Origin: an uncultured Methanoregulaceae archaeon
GTDB lineage: Archaea > Halobacteriota > Methanomicrobia > Methanomicrobiales > Methanospirillaceae
DNA: 64,000 bases
Assembly (NCBI GenBank): GCA_963737635.1
Contig: CAVTTL010000001.1
Location: 256,001-320,000, forward strand
Direction of reading: 5' to 3'
Below, piece after piece: positions 51,765 to 63,700 of this stretch (its first letter is position 1; every line of letters starts with the position of its first letter). The notes beneath the pieces are model-generated. The model had not been told where the DNA came from and ran no database searches. It saw only the letters and a program-made list of their open reading frames with translations. A program made the position numbers and the translations under genes.

Positions 51765-52235
51765 GTGAGAACTATGCCTGAAACCCCACCTTCTGCACAA
51801 GTACCCGTCAACCAGCCCGGTATTGAGTATATCATCAGGTTCTTTTCGCTAGTCCCGCTTGCGATGTACATCATTGTCGCTGCGCTGCTCACCATCATTG
51901 CTGTCTTCTCGATATACGACGCGGCGCAACAGGTCGTCGCAATGGTTGTCTCCGGCGATTTTGCAAACGGTCTTTTACAAGTGATTTATGCCCTCCTTCT
52001 TACGATAACCATCGTCGTGCTTTTTGAAACGGTGACCATCTATTTCCGGACCAAGCGCGTCGATGTGCGGGCGCTGTTGATTGCTGGTCTTACCGGTATG
52101 GTGCGGCATATCCTGGTCTACAACGTCACGACGACAGATGTCCCCCAGATGTTTGCGACAGTGGCCCTGCTTGCCGTTCTTATCGCCGGTATCGTGCTTA
52201 TTAAAGGTGAAGTGACTACACCCCCGGTCTGGTAG
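51765..52235 (+). CDS. PsiE-like membrane protein
   Basis: 4 TM; LFETV..Y, LIAGLTGMVRHIL. Confidence 0.75.
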   Translation: MRTMPETPPSAQVPVNQPGIEYIIRFFSLVPLAMYIIVAALLTIIAVFSIYDAAQQVVAMVVSGDFANGLLQVIYALLLTITIVVLFETVTIYFRTKRVDVRALLIAGLTGMVRHILVYNVTTTDVPQMFATVALLAVLIAGIVLIKGEVTTPPVW

Positions 52236-52330
52236 TGAAAACAACATAAAAAATGGTTATCGGCGCTTTTTAGAAGGATGGCGAGCATTTTATTGATAGG
52301 CGATACACCAAAGGATACGGAGAAGTACGG

Positions 52331-53239
52331 ATGCCCAGTGTTATCGAGGCCGAAGACCTGACCAAGACCTATAACGACACGGTAGCGGTAAGCCATATCC
52401 GGTTCAGCGTGGAAAAAGGGGAGATCTTCGGATTTTTAGGACCGAATGGTGCAGGAAAGACCACCACTATGCGGATGATCGAATGCATCTCCCCCCGTAC
52501 TTCGGGCACATTGCGGGTTTTTGGTCTGGACCCCAATACGGATCCGGCAGGGATTAAGCAGCGGATCGGTGTCGTCCCGCAGGAGACCAACCTTGATCCG
52601 GACTTTACCTGCGAAGGGAACCTGCTCACCTATGCCCGGTATTTCGATATCCCTCTAGCCGAGGCGGAGAAACGAGCGGAAAACCTGCTTGCGTTTGTAT
52701 CGCTCACGGAGAAGCGCACATCTGCCATCGATAAGCTCTCCGGCGGCATGAAACGCCGGCTTATTCTTGCCCGGGCACTCATCAACAACCCGGACCTGCT
52801 TATCCTCGATGAGCCTACTATCGGCCTTGATCCGCAGGCACGCCACCTTATCTGGGAACGTCTCCGGCTTCTCCGGGCACAGGGAAATACCATTGTTCTT
52901 ACCACCCATTATCTCGATGAGGCTGCCCGGCTCTGCGACCGGCTGGTTATCATGGACCACGGTACGTTTCTTGTCGAGGGAACCCCGGCAGAGCTGGTAC
53001 GGAACCAGATCGGAAGCGAGATTATTGAAATGGACAATACACCGGAAGTTACCGCGTGTCTGGCATCGCTCGGGGTGGCGTACGAAACTCTCGGTGACCT
53101 GGTACAAGTAGCGACGGATTCGTCACGGGAGCTTGCAAAGACACTGCTCGAACAGTGCAAGACAAGCCGGATAAGCACCCGACCCGCGACGCTCGAGGAC
53201 GTCTTCCTGAAATTAACCGGACGGACACTGAGGGAGTAA
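52331..53239 (+). CDS. ABC exporter ATP-binding protein (NodI-like)
   Basis: GPNGAGKTT, LSGGMKRRL, LDEPT, ARHLIWERL. Confidence 0.92.
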   Translation: MPSVIEAEDLTKTYNDTVAVSHIRFSVEKGEIFGFLGPNGAGKTTTMRMIECISPRTSGTLRVFGLDPNTDPAGIKQRIGVVPQETNLDPDFTCEGNLLTYARYFDIPLAEAEKRAENLLAFVSLTEKRTSAIDKLSGGMKRRLILARALINNPDLLILDEPTIGLDPQARHLIWERLRLLRAQGNTIVLTTHYLDEAARLCDRLVIMDHGTFLVEGTPAELVRNQIGSEIIEMDNTPEVTACLASLGVAYETLGDLVQVATDSSRELAKTLLEQCKTSRISTRPATLEDVFLKLTGRTLRE

Positions 53240-53240
53240 G

Positions 53241-54026
53241 ATGCCGTCTATCCTGTCGATTCCCCGGATCACCCGCCGCGCCGGAAAGGTATGGCACCGC
53301 AACCTCGATGTCTTTATCAAAACCTGGAAAGTGAATTTCTTCCCTCCATTAATCGAGGCGTTCCTCTACCTTTCCGCCATAGGTCTTGGGATCGGGACGT
53401 ACGTGGGCACTATCAACGGCGTGGCGTATATCAATTTTATCGCGCCGGCCATCCTTGCAATCTCGGCCATGAACTCTGCGTTCTTTGAGTGCACCTATGG
53501 TTCCTATGTGCGGATGTATTATCAGAAGAGTTTCGATGCTATTATTGCCACACCGCTTTCGATCGAGGACGTAATTGCCGGGGAACTTCTCTGGGGTGCC
53601 ACCCGGGCTGTGATTTCGGTTACCATCATGCTACCGGTGCTTGTGGTGTTTAAGGTCATCTCCCTACCCTTCTCTCTTTTTGCCATCCCGCTTGCCTTCC
53701 TGGGCGGGCTCACGTTTGCCGGTCTCGCCATGTGCTTTACCGCGATTACGCCGAGTATCGATACGCTCAACTATCCCTCGTTCCTGCTTATAACTCCCAT
53801 GATGCTCTTCTCGGGTACTTTTTTCCCGCTGACCATCCTCCCGGCGATCTTCCAGTACATCGCCCTTGCGATCTTTCCGCTCACCCATCTGGTATCCCTT
53901 ATGCGGATGGCGACGCTACCCTCGGTAAATGCACTGCTCCCCCTGAATATTGCGTGGATCCTTGTTGCAACCGTCATCTTCTGCATTATCTCGATCAACC
54001 TGATGCGGCGCCGGCTGATTGTGTGA
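53241..54026 (+). CDS. ABC-2 permease (NodJ-like)
   Basis: YINFIAP, FECTYGSY, FSGTFFP. Confidence 0.88.
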   Translation: MPSILSIPRITRRAGKVWHRNLDVFIKTWKVNFFPPLIEAFLYLSAIGLGIGTYVGTINGVAYINFIAPAILAISAMNSAFFECTYGSYVRMYYQKSFDAIIATPLSIEDVIAGELLWGATRAVISVTIMLPVLVVFKVISLPFSLFAIPLAFLGGLTFAGLAMCFTAITPSIDTLNYPSFLLITPMMLFSGTFFPLTILPAIFQYIALAIFPLTHLVSLMRMATLPSVNALLPLNIAWILVATVIFCIISINLMRRRLIV

Positions 54027-54048
54027 AAACGACGGTACTAAAAAAAAG

Positions 54049-54651
54049 TTACATCGGGCCGGTCCGTTCACCTGACCGGCGGGAACAGGACTGGCGCTGC
54101 CAGGCAGGTCCGGAGAGGTCTTTTGCTTCCTCTTCTGAGGTATTGGATGCCGTTCGAACCGTACAGGACGACCACTGAATAGATCGTAGCTCGTCGTCAA
54201 GACGTACGATAAGCGCCGTGATCTCACTCGTAGGAAATTCCCCGTCCAGCTCATCGAGAAGGATCCCAATCTCTTCCCTGATGGAAGAATCGGCGATCTC
54301 ATCGGCGTCACAGATGCCGAGCTCATGGTAACAGATCATCGTCCGGTACGCTTCCGTGTACACGGAGAGATCATGGAAGAGTTCTTCGCGGTACGCCCTG
54401 CCGCCCTCACGCTCAAGAAGAGCAAAGTCTGCCTGTATCCTCTCGTATTTTTCCCGGAGAGCAGGCGTGAATAACTCATCGCCGTTGCATGATTCCACGA
54501 GCTGGTGCAGGAAAGAGCGTTCGAAATAGGGTGCCCCCGCCCGGTACCTCCCGAAACTGTGGCGTTCGGCAGAGAAGGTACGCGTCTCCCGTACAGCTCT
54601 TTCGTACCGGTCTATAAGGCGGGCGATATCATCGGCTGTAGTTGCGTCCAT
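54049..54651 (-). CDS. Hypothetical protein
   Basis: 200-aa acidic helical ORF filling the gap. Confidence 0.6.
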   Translation of the reverse strand: MDATTADDIARLIDRYERAVRETRTFSAERHSFGRYRAGAPYFERSFLHQLVESCNGDELFTPALREKYERIQADFALLEREGGRAYREELFHDLSVYTEAYRTMICYHELGICDADEIADSSIREEIGILLDELDGEFPTSEITALIVRLDDELRSIQWSSCTVRTASNTSEEEAKDLSGPAWQRQSCSRRSGERTGPM

Positions 54652-54838
54652 GGGATTACCTGTGCAAAGGGAGGGTAAAGCGGGAAACGGTTGAAAAATC
54701 TGCCTTTAATATTGCCTGTTTTGCCTTAAATAGTTTTGATGATACCGGGAGAACAGCGACCGGTTCTTTGAGGGTACATCAACGATCGGCCTGATCTTTG
54801 CTACTAACGTTCTCCCTGCTCATTCTCTGGCTGAAAAT

Positions 54839-55396
54839 TTAACCTTCTTTTCTGGTGATCCGGAGCACGCAGAGTACTTCATCCTCGATAGTCTGCCGCT
54901 GTACTATTTCAGTAGTAAAACCGTGACGGGCAAACAGGTCCCTGACTTCCGGGATGCCGGTCAGGGAGGAGACCAGGACCAGGACCCTGCCTTTGGGGGC
55001 AAGTACGTCCTCTACGCTATCGGCAAAGCGCCCGATTACTTCGCGGCCGGTAGTACCGCCGTCAAGCGCATACTCAAGCCAGTCATCGATTCGTTCCTCC
55101 GGCTGCGTAGGGAGATACGGAGGGTTGAAAATAACCAGATCGAACCTGCCCCGTATGCCCAGGCAGAGATCGGTCCGCACTACTTCAAGTCCATTCTGCC
55201 GTGCACAAAAAACCGCGTGAGGGTTTATGTCCGTTGCTACGATATCACAGTCCCGGACCAGTGCCTTAGAGATAGAACCGGAGCCTGTCCCGATCTCCAG
55301 CACCCGGTCCCCGGGCCGTACCTCGGCAAGAGCTGCCTCGATGAGAAGGAACGTGTCGGCCTCAGGCTGGTACACCTGTGCGGGATCATAGGACAT
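54839..55396 (-). CDS. HemK2/Mtq2 family protein methyltransferase
   Basis: VYQPEADTFLL, LEIGTGSG, FNPPY, LDGG..GR. Confidence 0.92.
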   Translation of the reverse strand: MSYDPAQVYQPEADTFLLIEAALAEVRPGDRVLEIGTGSGSISKALVRDCDIVATDINPHAVFCARQNGLEVVRTDLCLGIRGRFDLVIFNPPYLPTQPEERIDDWLEYALDGGTTGREVIGRFADSVEDVLAPKGRVLVLVSSLTGIPEVRDLFARHGFTTEIVQRQTIEDEVLCVLRITRKEG

Positions 55397-55573
55397 GATA
55401 ACAGGTTGTGGAGCAGGTCAGGGAAAAAAGGATCGCATGAATCAGGGCATGGTGATAACAGAACGATGTGCAGGATCTATCTCACGTCCCTCTGGTTATA
55501 ATCAGGACAGGCCATTTATTGCGTAGCATAACGTCAGACAGAAGATCCAGCAGCGCCATGATTCATAAAAAAA

Positions 55574-55978
55574 TCACCCGAACACGAGTCCGCCGGACTC
55601 TTCCAGAAAGACTTCGATATCCTGTTTGATAAACCTGCCATGGATACGTTTCGGGAATTCATCCCGCAGACGGTTGATGAGATCGATGGGATCGATGTTC
55701 AGGTCCATACCGGTTTTTTTGGCTTCCTCAATAATGAAAGGGCTTGTATCGAAGAGGTCGGATCCCGCGTCCAGGATACACAGGAAGCGTGCATTCAGTG
55801 TGTAGAAAAGATCCATGGTTAGTTTCGCACGCCGTATATTCGCCTTGGCCGATCTTTCTATGCCGGAGATGTTTGATTTTGATGTATGGAAGATATCCGC
55901 TATCTGCTGCTGGGTCATCCCGTTCTTCCGGTATCTCATTACGTCTAATTGCCGGTGTGTAAAGAGGCTTTCCGCCAT
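55574..55978 (-). CDS. tfx: Tfx family DNA-binding protein
   Basis: FTHRQLDVMRYRKNGMTQQQIAD..TSKSNISGIERSAKANI. Confidence 0.85.
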   Translation of the reverse strand: MAESLFTHRQLDVMRYRKNGMTQQQIADIFHTSKSNISGIERSAKANIRRAKLTMDLFYTLNARFLCILDAGSDLFDTSPFIIEEAKKTGMDLNIDPIDLINRLRDEFPKRIHGRFIKQDIEVFLEESGGLVFG

Positions 55979-56536
55979 TTATTTCACCTGAATATAAATT
56001 GATTATGTCGACACTAAATTAAATATATAGTTTACCCTCTGACTTGCCGGCGAGATGAAGAAGTGGTGAAGATCAACGATGTCGGGATAATAGTCGGCAC
56101 CATTAAGTACCTTAGATCGAAGAATTCATTTCCATGGGGGATGCAGTGATGGCGAAGGGAGTTACCGTATCTCTTAGGGAGCGTTGAGAACACCAGAATT
56201 GTGCCGGCTCTTTTTTCCGATCCTCTTAAAATCATTCAGTGTTAATAATATTTATTAATAGAAAATATTCAGCCCTTGCATCTCGCCGTATCTGGCCTTT
56301 TAGGTTGCAGGTACTGCCCGTCTATTTTGCGTATAATCGGGTGGCTTCTATTCAGTAATAACCTATTTTTTTAATAGCATTAAAAATTTTAATACTGTTA
56401 AAATTTTTGATGAGATAAATATATATTTTCGTATGTGTGAAGGGTCAGCTGTTGACATTTGTGGGCATTCAACTACAAAATGTTAACCCACGCAGGGCGG
56501 TGCCCAGCGCGGAAAAACAATGAGAGAGGAAACAGT

Positions 56537-57463
56537 ATGAAGACAGAACGAATGAAAAGAAACAGACTATGGGCGATGGCCGCAATGGCTGTCGTCCTCT
56601 TTGTCGCGCTGGCGGCGATGCCGGTGGCGGCGCAACCGTATTATGTGATACCCTATCCGCAGAACAATCAGACGTACGTCCCGATAGCAAATCCGCCGCC
56701 CAGTTTTGATTCGACACCCTATGGGAGTCCTTATTATTATGTCAACCTGACAAACACCACAGGCGGGATGAACGCGATTCATATTACGAATAGTACCCTT
56801 CTTGCCAATGCCGGAGGAGCCTGCTATGCTAAAAATACTATTGCCGATCTTAATGGTACATTCTATGTGTCGGATACCGGTGGACGGCATGGCGAGGATG
56901 ATATTATCCTTCTTGTAGCGGTCAATGGTACTACTGCAGCGACTATGAACAGGTTTAATATTAACATCACGGCGAGTGGGTACAACTGGACTCCAGCAGC
57001 CAATGGAATTCCTCCAGCGACTGTCAATTATCAGACACCCCTCAACGCACAGCCATTTGCTGCAGGGAATTACTTGGTAAACAATACTATCGGGGGAAAT
57101 AATCAATTATTCCAGGAATGGAAATTTGCACCAACTGCAGATTACCCCATCTACTGTGGCCAGAGCATGGGAAGTAATGCCAATCTCTTCAAGTTGATGG
57201 CTATTGATCTTAAGGTTGGAATAATCAATGGGACCTGGTGGAGCAATAACTACGGCCAACCTGCTCTTACAGACGGTGGTCTGGCAAAAATCACTTATAA
57301 TATCACAAGTTCGCCATCGTCGGGGTCAATAATTGCCTTTAATGTCTATGCATATAACAATCAAACAATAACCCAGCAACCGGACGTATTACCCCCGGCT
57401 ATCAACTGGCTGAATAAAGTTTCCGGTTCAGGTTCAAGCGGATGGGAGTATCAAGTGCCCTGA
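56537..57463 (+). CDS. Secreted protein; single copy of a domain repeated in the next gene
   Basis: Signal peptide; GGMNAIHI..GTFY..ILLVAVNGT..SGYNWTP..YPIY.GQ..AFNVY. Confidence 0.8.
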   Translation: MKTERMKRNRLWAMAAMAVVLFVALAAMPVAAQPYYVIPYPQNNQTYVPIANPPPSFDSTPYGSPYYYVNLTNTTGGMNAIHITNSTLLANAGGACYAKNTIADLNGTFYVSDTGGRHGEDDIILLVAVNGTTAATMNRFNINITASGYNWTPAANGIPPATVNYQTPLNAQPFAAGNYLVNNTIGGNNQLFQEWKFAPTADYPIYCGQSMGSNANLFKLMAIDLKVGIINGTWWSNNYGQPALTDGGLAKITYNITSSPSSGSIIAFNVYAYNNQTITQQPDVLPPAINWLNKVSGSGSSGWEYQVP

Positions 57464-57786
57464 GATCATGAACAATCGCCGATTTTCGGCATTAATTTAT
57501 TCTTTTTTAAATATTAATAATGGGGAAAATCTGCTCGTTGTCGTGATTTCCCCTATACTTATTTTGCGGTTAGTAAAATATTTATGGTGTACATTTTCTA
57601 AATAAAAACAAAACTCTTTTACTTAAGTAAATAAAAAATATTTCTTCAATGTCTATTTGGATCCACCACTTCACCCAGCAATCTTTTTCTGCTCGTTCTG
57701 GACATTTCCATCCCCACAGAACTCCAGCGATAAGAAAATGCACCACGCCTGCGGATACCGACCGCGGCGGGAACGTTGTGATTCGA

Positions 57787-60700
57787 ATGAAGGGCATGCA
57801 TTCACCGCTTCGTGCATGGCTTGTGGTGCTCCTGCTCTGCTGGGTAGTGATTGTAGTGCCGGTGGCGGCCACGACCGGCTTAGCGAATTCGGCATGGCCG
57901 AAAATTGCCCACGACATCGGTGACACCGGTCGATCCCCCTATGTAGGCTCTCAGACAAATGCCGTAAAATGGGCCTATCCCACCGGTGAAATTACGGCAT
58001 CCCCGGTAATTGGTGCGGATGGAACAATTTATGTGGGGGACTATAATTCCAGACTCTATGCAATCTCTCCAAATGAAAACCTGAATTGGTCGTACGCCGC
58101 GATTGCCAAGAGCGGTGGGACGGGTGTTACTTCAGCAACAATTGGCGCTGATGGTACAATTTATTTCGGTGACACTACGGCTGCATCCTATCTGTATGCA
58201 GTTAATCCGGATGGAACCCTGAAATGGGAAGAACCAACAAAGAGTTCCGTAGTGGGGGCACCCGTAATAGGATCGGATGGAACCATTTATGCCGATTCCA
58301 GCACCTATATTCAAGCATTTTACCCCAATGGAACCACGAAATGGAACTATAATGATGGCGATGACGTGGTAATGGGTTCACTTGCAATCGGACCGGATGG
58401 ATCCCTTTATTTCGGCGACATGAGTGGTACATTTTTTGCCTTGAAAGATAGCGGAACCTCGGCCACCCTGAAATGGTCTTATAGTGATGGCAACTCGTGG
58501 GAAATTGACGGGGCACCCGCTATTGGATCGGATGGAACCATTTACTACGCGGACACGAATGACGGAGCTGGTTGCCTGTATGCCCTGACCGATAAGGGAA
58601 CCTCGGTCTCATTGAAATGGTCCTACTCTCCGGGCAGTACGATTTATCGGGGACCCGCTATTGGATCTGATGGAACTATTTACTTTGGAAGCGATAACGG
58701 GAAACTGTATGCCCTGACCGATAAGGGAACCACATATTCCGTGAAATGGTCCTATTCTACGGGAGGAGCGATACGTAATACTCCTGCAATCGGTGCGGAT
58801 GGGACTCTTTATTTCGGAAACGAAAATGGAATCCTGTATGCCCTGACCGATGCGGGGACCTCTGCCACTCTGAAATGGCAGTCATCCACTTTAGGGAGTA
58901 CCGGATCCGAATTGCTTAGTAGTCCTGCAATCGGTCCTGATGGCTCGGTCTACATCGGAACGTTAAGTGATGGTGCGAATTATTTATATGCCTTCAACGG
59001 TACGCTTGACTTCACCGCCAATCAAATGAGCGGTGCGGCGCCACTTTCTGTTTTGTTCACCGGATCCTCCGGTGTGACCCCGGTATCGTGGAACTGGAAC
59101 TTCGGTGACGGATCGACAGGAACTGGGCAGAATCCCACGCACACCTATACGAGTTCTGGATCGTATACAGTCCATCTCAATATGACGGATACAACCAGTA
59201 CCACCTACTCTGCGGTTAAGACGGCATATATTGCCGTCTATTCCCCCCCGGTTGCCGGTTTCACATCAAGCGCTGCCACAGGAACCCGTCCGCTTACCGT
59301 CAAGTTCACCGACACTTCGACCAACAGCCCTACAAGCTGGTCCTGGAACTTCGGGGACGGCAACACTTCAAGCAGTCAGAATCCATCCCACATATATAAT
59401 TCAGTAGGAACCTACACGGTCACTCTTACGGCAACCAATCTCGCGGGCAGCAACACCACCACCCAAACCGGTTATATCTCGGTTGGGGACACATCCCCGT
59501 TCATCGCATTCACCGCATCGCCAAGGCAGGGACTCGCACCATTGACCGTCCAGTTCAATGATACGTCTCTTTACGGACCAACCACCTGGTCCTGGAACTT
59601 CGGGGATGGCGGGACATCAAGCAGTCAGAATCCATCCCACATATATAATTCAGTAGGAACCTACACGGTCACTCTTGCGGCAACCAATGCAATCGGAACA
59701 AATACCAGCTCACAAACCGGTTACATCACGATTCTTTCCCAGGCACCGATATCTGCGGGTACCAATCTCTATGTCTCCAACGATGCGGGAGTAAAATACG
59801 ACATCAACGGCTCCAGCATGACCTATATCCCCAATACCTATGGGTTACCCATGCCAGGCGGAATGAACTCGTTGCATATGTCAAATGTTCCTTCGGACAC
59901 ATCAGGCAAGGTTATCCAGACTACCAGCCAGTCCGGAACATTCTATTATACCTTCTCCGGCGGCCAGCCCACCCAGCAGGAGGGTATTCTGATGCTTGCT
60001 GTGAACGGAACCATTCCTGACGATTTCAGCGTTAATATCAGATCAAGCGGGGACACCTGGACACTGGATACCATCACGAATTATCAGGATTATTTTAGTA
60101 ATTCCGTTGCTCCAAGTTTGTACAATTACGTCCAGGGAGCATTGAATGAGACGTTCACGAAGAGCGATTTCCTGTATGGTCCTCAGAGCTCGAAACCAAA
60201 CAGTATAGCAAATTACCCGATCTATAATGGGGAGAACCAGAGCGATCCGGCTAACCAGTTCCAGGTCATGTTCATCGATCTCAACTCCGGTATATATACT
60301 GACCCAATCAAAATCGAGTATAGTTTCAACAACCTGACGTCGTTTGCGGCATTCAATGTCTATGGGTGGTATAAGAGAAGCAACCACGGAACCGGTATCA
60401 TCACCACCAACGATGTCACCAGCAGCGGGTATCTGGTTACCGGCATCTCGGCAGCGCCGGTTGCGGGTTTCACCGCAAGTACGACCTCCGGGTACAACCT
60501 GGTTCCCATCCAGTTTACCGATACCTCGGCAAATGTCCCCCAGTCCTGGTCCTGGGACTTCGGGGACGGCAATACATCGACCCTCCAGAACCCGACCCAC
60601 GCGTATGCTGTTGGAGGAAGAACATATACGGTGACACTCACCGTGACAAATATTAAAGGGACCTCCTCGACGACCCAGATGGTTACCATAACTGTTCCCC

Positions 60701-63700
60701 CGGTGCCGGTTGCGGGGTTCACTTCGAGCGCTACCTCGGGAGCCTCCCCGCTTTCGGTCCAGTTCACCGATACGACAACAAATTCCCCGATTAGCTGGTC
60801 CTGGGACTTCGGGGACGGCACCAACTCGACCGTCCAGAATCCGGTCCACTGGTATGCGCCCGGGACGTACTCGGTGAAACTCACGGCCACCAATGGCGGC
60901 GGCAGCAACAGCGTGGTGAAAAGCAATCTTATCACGGTGACCTCAAACGGACTGGCAAACCAGTTCAGGAACCCGGGATTCGAGACCGGGGATCTGACCG
61001 GGTGGACGGCGGGACAGTTAGCCTCAGTTTCTTCAAGCAAGGTCCATTCCGGAAAATATGCCGTGGAGTTCAATGGTGGTAGCACCGATCCTACAACTAT
61101 CTATGTTGCGCAGAACGTTGATCTGACCAATGTCAACAATATCTCGTTCTGGGGATATGGAGGGTCAACCGGCGATGGTACAATCCAGTATTTCTACATC
61201 TATATCGATGGCGTTCAGGTACAGACTTCCAGCATAACTCCGACAGGCTGGACACAATATATTGTTCCGACATTAGGATACACCGGAGTTCACCAGGTTA
61301 AGGTAGAATTCTATAACAGTGGTAGGGGTGTGGACTCCTACGTCGACGATTTTGCAACCGGCGGTACCTCCGGTAGCAGCGCGACCGCCCCCTTCGCATC
61401 CTTTACCGCAACCCCGGTTAACGGGGCAGCGCCGGTATCCGTCCAGTTCACCGACACTTCGGCGTATACGCCGACATCGTGGCTGTGGGACTTCGGGGAC
61501 GGCAGCACATCCACCGCTGAGAACCCGTCGCATACCTATACTTTGCCAGGCACCTACCCGGTCAATCTCACGGCGACCAACACCGGGGGAAGCAACAGCA
61601 AGGTAAAGACCGGCCTCGTGTACGTGGCCGCATCGACCGGTCCCCTCTCTAACTACACCGGCATCTATGTCCGGGCTGCAAACCACGACGGTATCCTGTG
61701 GGACACTGTCGGCAATGGCACGTATTACATCAGCCCCGGCACTGCAAGCGGCGGCTTCTCTGCGATCCATATCTCGACCGATCCGACAGTTACCGCCGGG
61801 CAGGTCACGAGCTCGCAGAACCAGTCCGGGACATTCTACCTTACCGCGAATTCCGGGACCTACGAAGACGAAGGAATCATCCTTCTCGGTGTCACCGGGA
61901 CCATCCCGGACGACTTTGCCGCCCATATCACCACCAGTGGGTATACGTGGACGCCGACCGGCACCGCACCGGCTTCCGCCAATTACTCCTACCAGTCACC
62001 GGCGCTCGACCAGACGTTTACGAAAAACGATTTCTTCTACGGGCCCCAGAACTGGAAACCGACGCAGGGGAACGCCAACTACCCGCTCTTCTACGGGCAG
62101 AACATGAACAGTTCGGCAAACCAGAACCAGCTCATGTTCATCGACACCCGGGCCGGTATCCTTGGTAACAGCAGCCTCACGAACCAGGGTGCGGTTCAGG
62201 TCAACTACAGTTTCACCGATCTCCCCGGCACCGCGACCTTCAATGTCTATGGGTGGAGGAGCGGCCAGGGCATGGAATGGACAAACGATGTCACCACCGG
62301 CGGGACCAGCAGCAGCGGATACACGGTGAGCATGACGACACCCACGGTACCTCCGGTCGCCGGGTTCGTTGCAAACCAGACCCAAGGCCTCGCCCCGTTC
62401 ACCGCCCGGTTCAGGGATACTACAACCAACACGCCGACTGCGTGGTACTGGACGTTCGGGGATGGCAGCACGTCGACCAGCCAGAACCCGGCGCACACGT
62501 ATACCTCGACTGGGACCTACTCCGTAACCCTCACGGCCTCGAACAGTGCCGGCAGCGACCAGATCGCAAAAACCGGGTACATCACGGTCAGCGCGCCGGT
62601 CGTGAAGACGGACTCGTTTGCGATCGCCGGGGTCCAGGCAACCACCACGTCTGGCACGAACCAGAGTGTTGCCATCAATGTGACGGACGCAACCGTCTCC
62701 GGCAACGTTGTCAACGTGACCTGTACCGGCAGTGCCTGGAGCAGTCTCTCGATCACGCTTGCAAGCGCGCCGGTAACCAGCGGGTCGAACTTTACTGGTA
62801 CTGTCAGCAGCGTCCAGGCGGTCACCCAGCCAGTAACCGTCCCGCTCGCGTCATTGGGCAACCCGAACGTATCCGTCTCCCTGAACCTTGCCCAGATCCC
62901 CGGGTCGACTGCCGCCATTACCAGTACCATCACGTCCGATCCCAATACCACGGTTCAGAGTAACTTCACGCTCGCTGCAACCGCTGCCAGCGACCAGATC
63001 GTTGCCACTGCATACACGGTAACCTTCACCAAGTCCGGTATCGCAAATGCGGCAAACGGCGGGATCATCTCAAGCGCAACGATCACCATGGCAGCCAGTC
63101 CCACATGGGTGGCCGCAAACGGCGGTACCTCTGCGATGGTCATCATGCACCAGGCTGACGATGGCACGACAACCATTCTCACGACACAGTTTGCCGGCAC
63201 CGATGCCAGCGGTAACGACGTCTTTACCGCGGTCTCGCCAACCGGTCTCTCGACTTTCATCCTGACCGCAATCTCGCCGCTCTCGTCGACAAGCACCGGG
63301 TTCACGTCCGGGTTCGGCTCCTCCGAATCGGGAGGGTCCCTGAATCCGACCTCGTTCACCCTGACTGCACCCGGTACCGGGCCCGGCCAGACCATGAACT
63401 TTGCCGTTAACGAAGCTCTCAACGGCAACCTGAACTACGGCATCAGCGCCGTTTCGATCGTCCCGTCCAAGGCTCTCGGCTCGACGCAACTGAATGTGGG
63501 TGACGCAGGGATGGCCATCGCATCGGCGCTTACCGGCCGGCAGATTGCCGGTGTGGTATCGATTGAACCGGTCGGGGTCAACCCATCATCCATCGATCAC
63601 GGCACCATCACGTTCGCACTGAACGGTGCCTGGCTGACGACACACTCCCTGACACCGGCTGATATCGTGATGCTCCGGGATGTGAACGGCCAGTGGACTG

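Noticed and set aside
56040-56240. Possible riboswitch or ncRNA upstream of tfx
   Set aside because: No match to a consensus I can recognise; would need an Infernal/Rfam search
58132-63489. ORF-track entries overlapping the giant gene
   Set aside because: Antisense or off-frame shadows of the single frame starting at 57787
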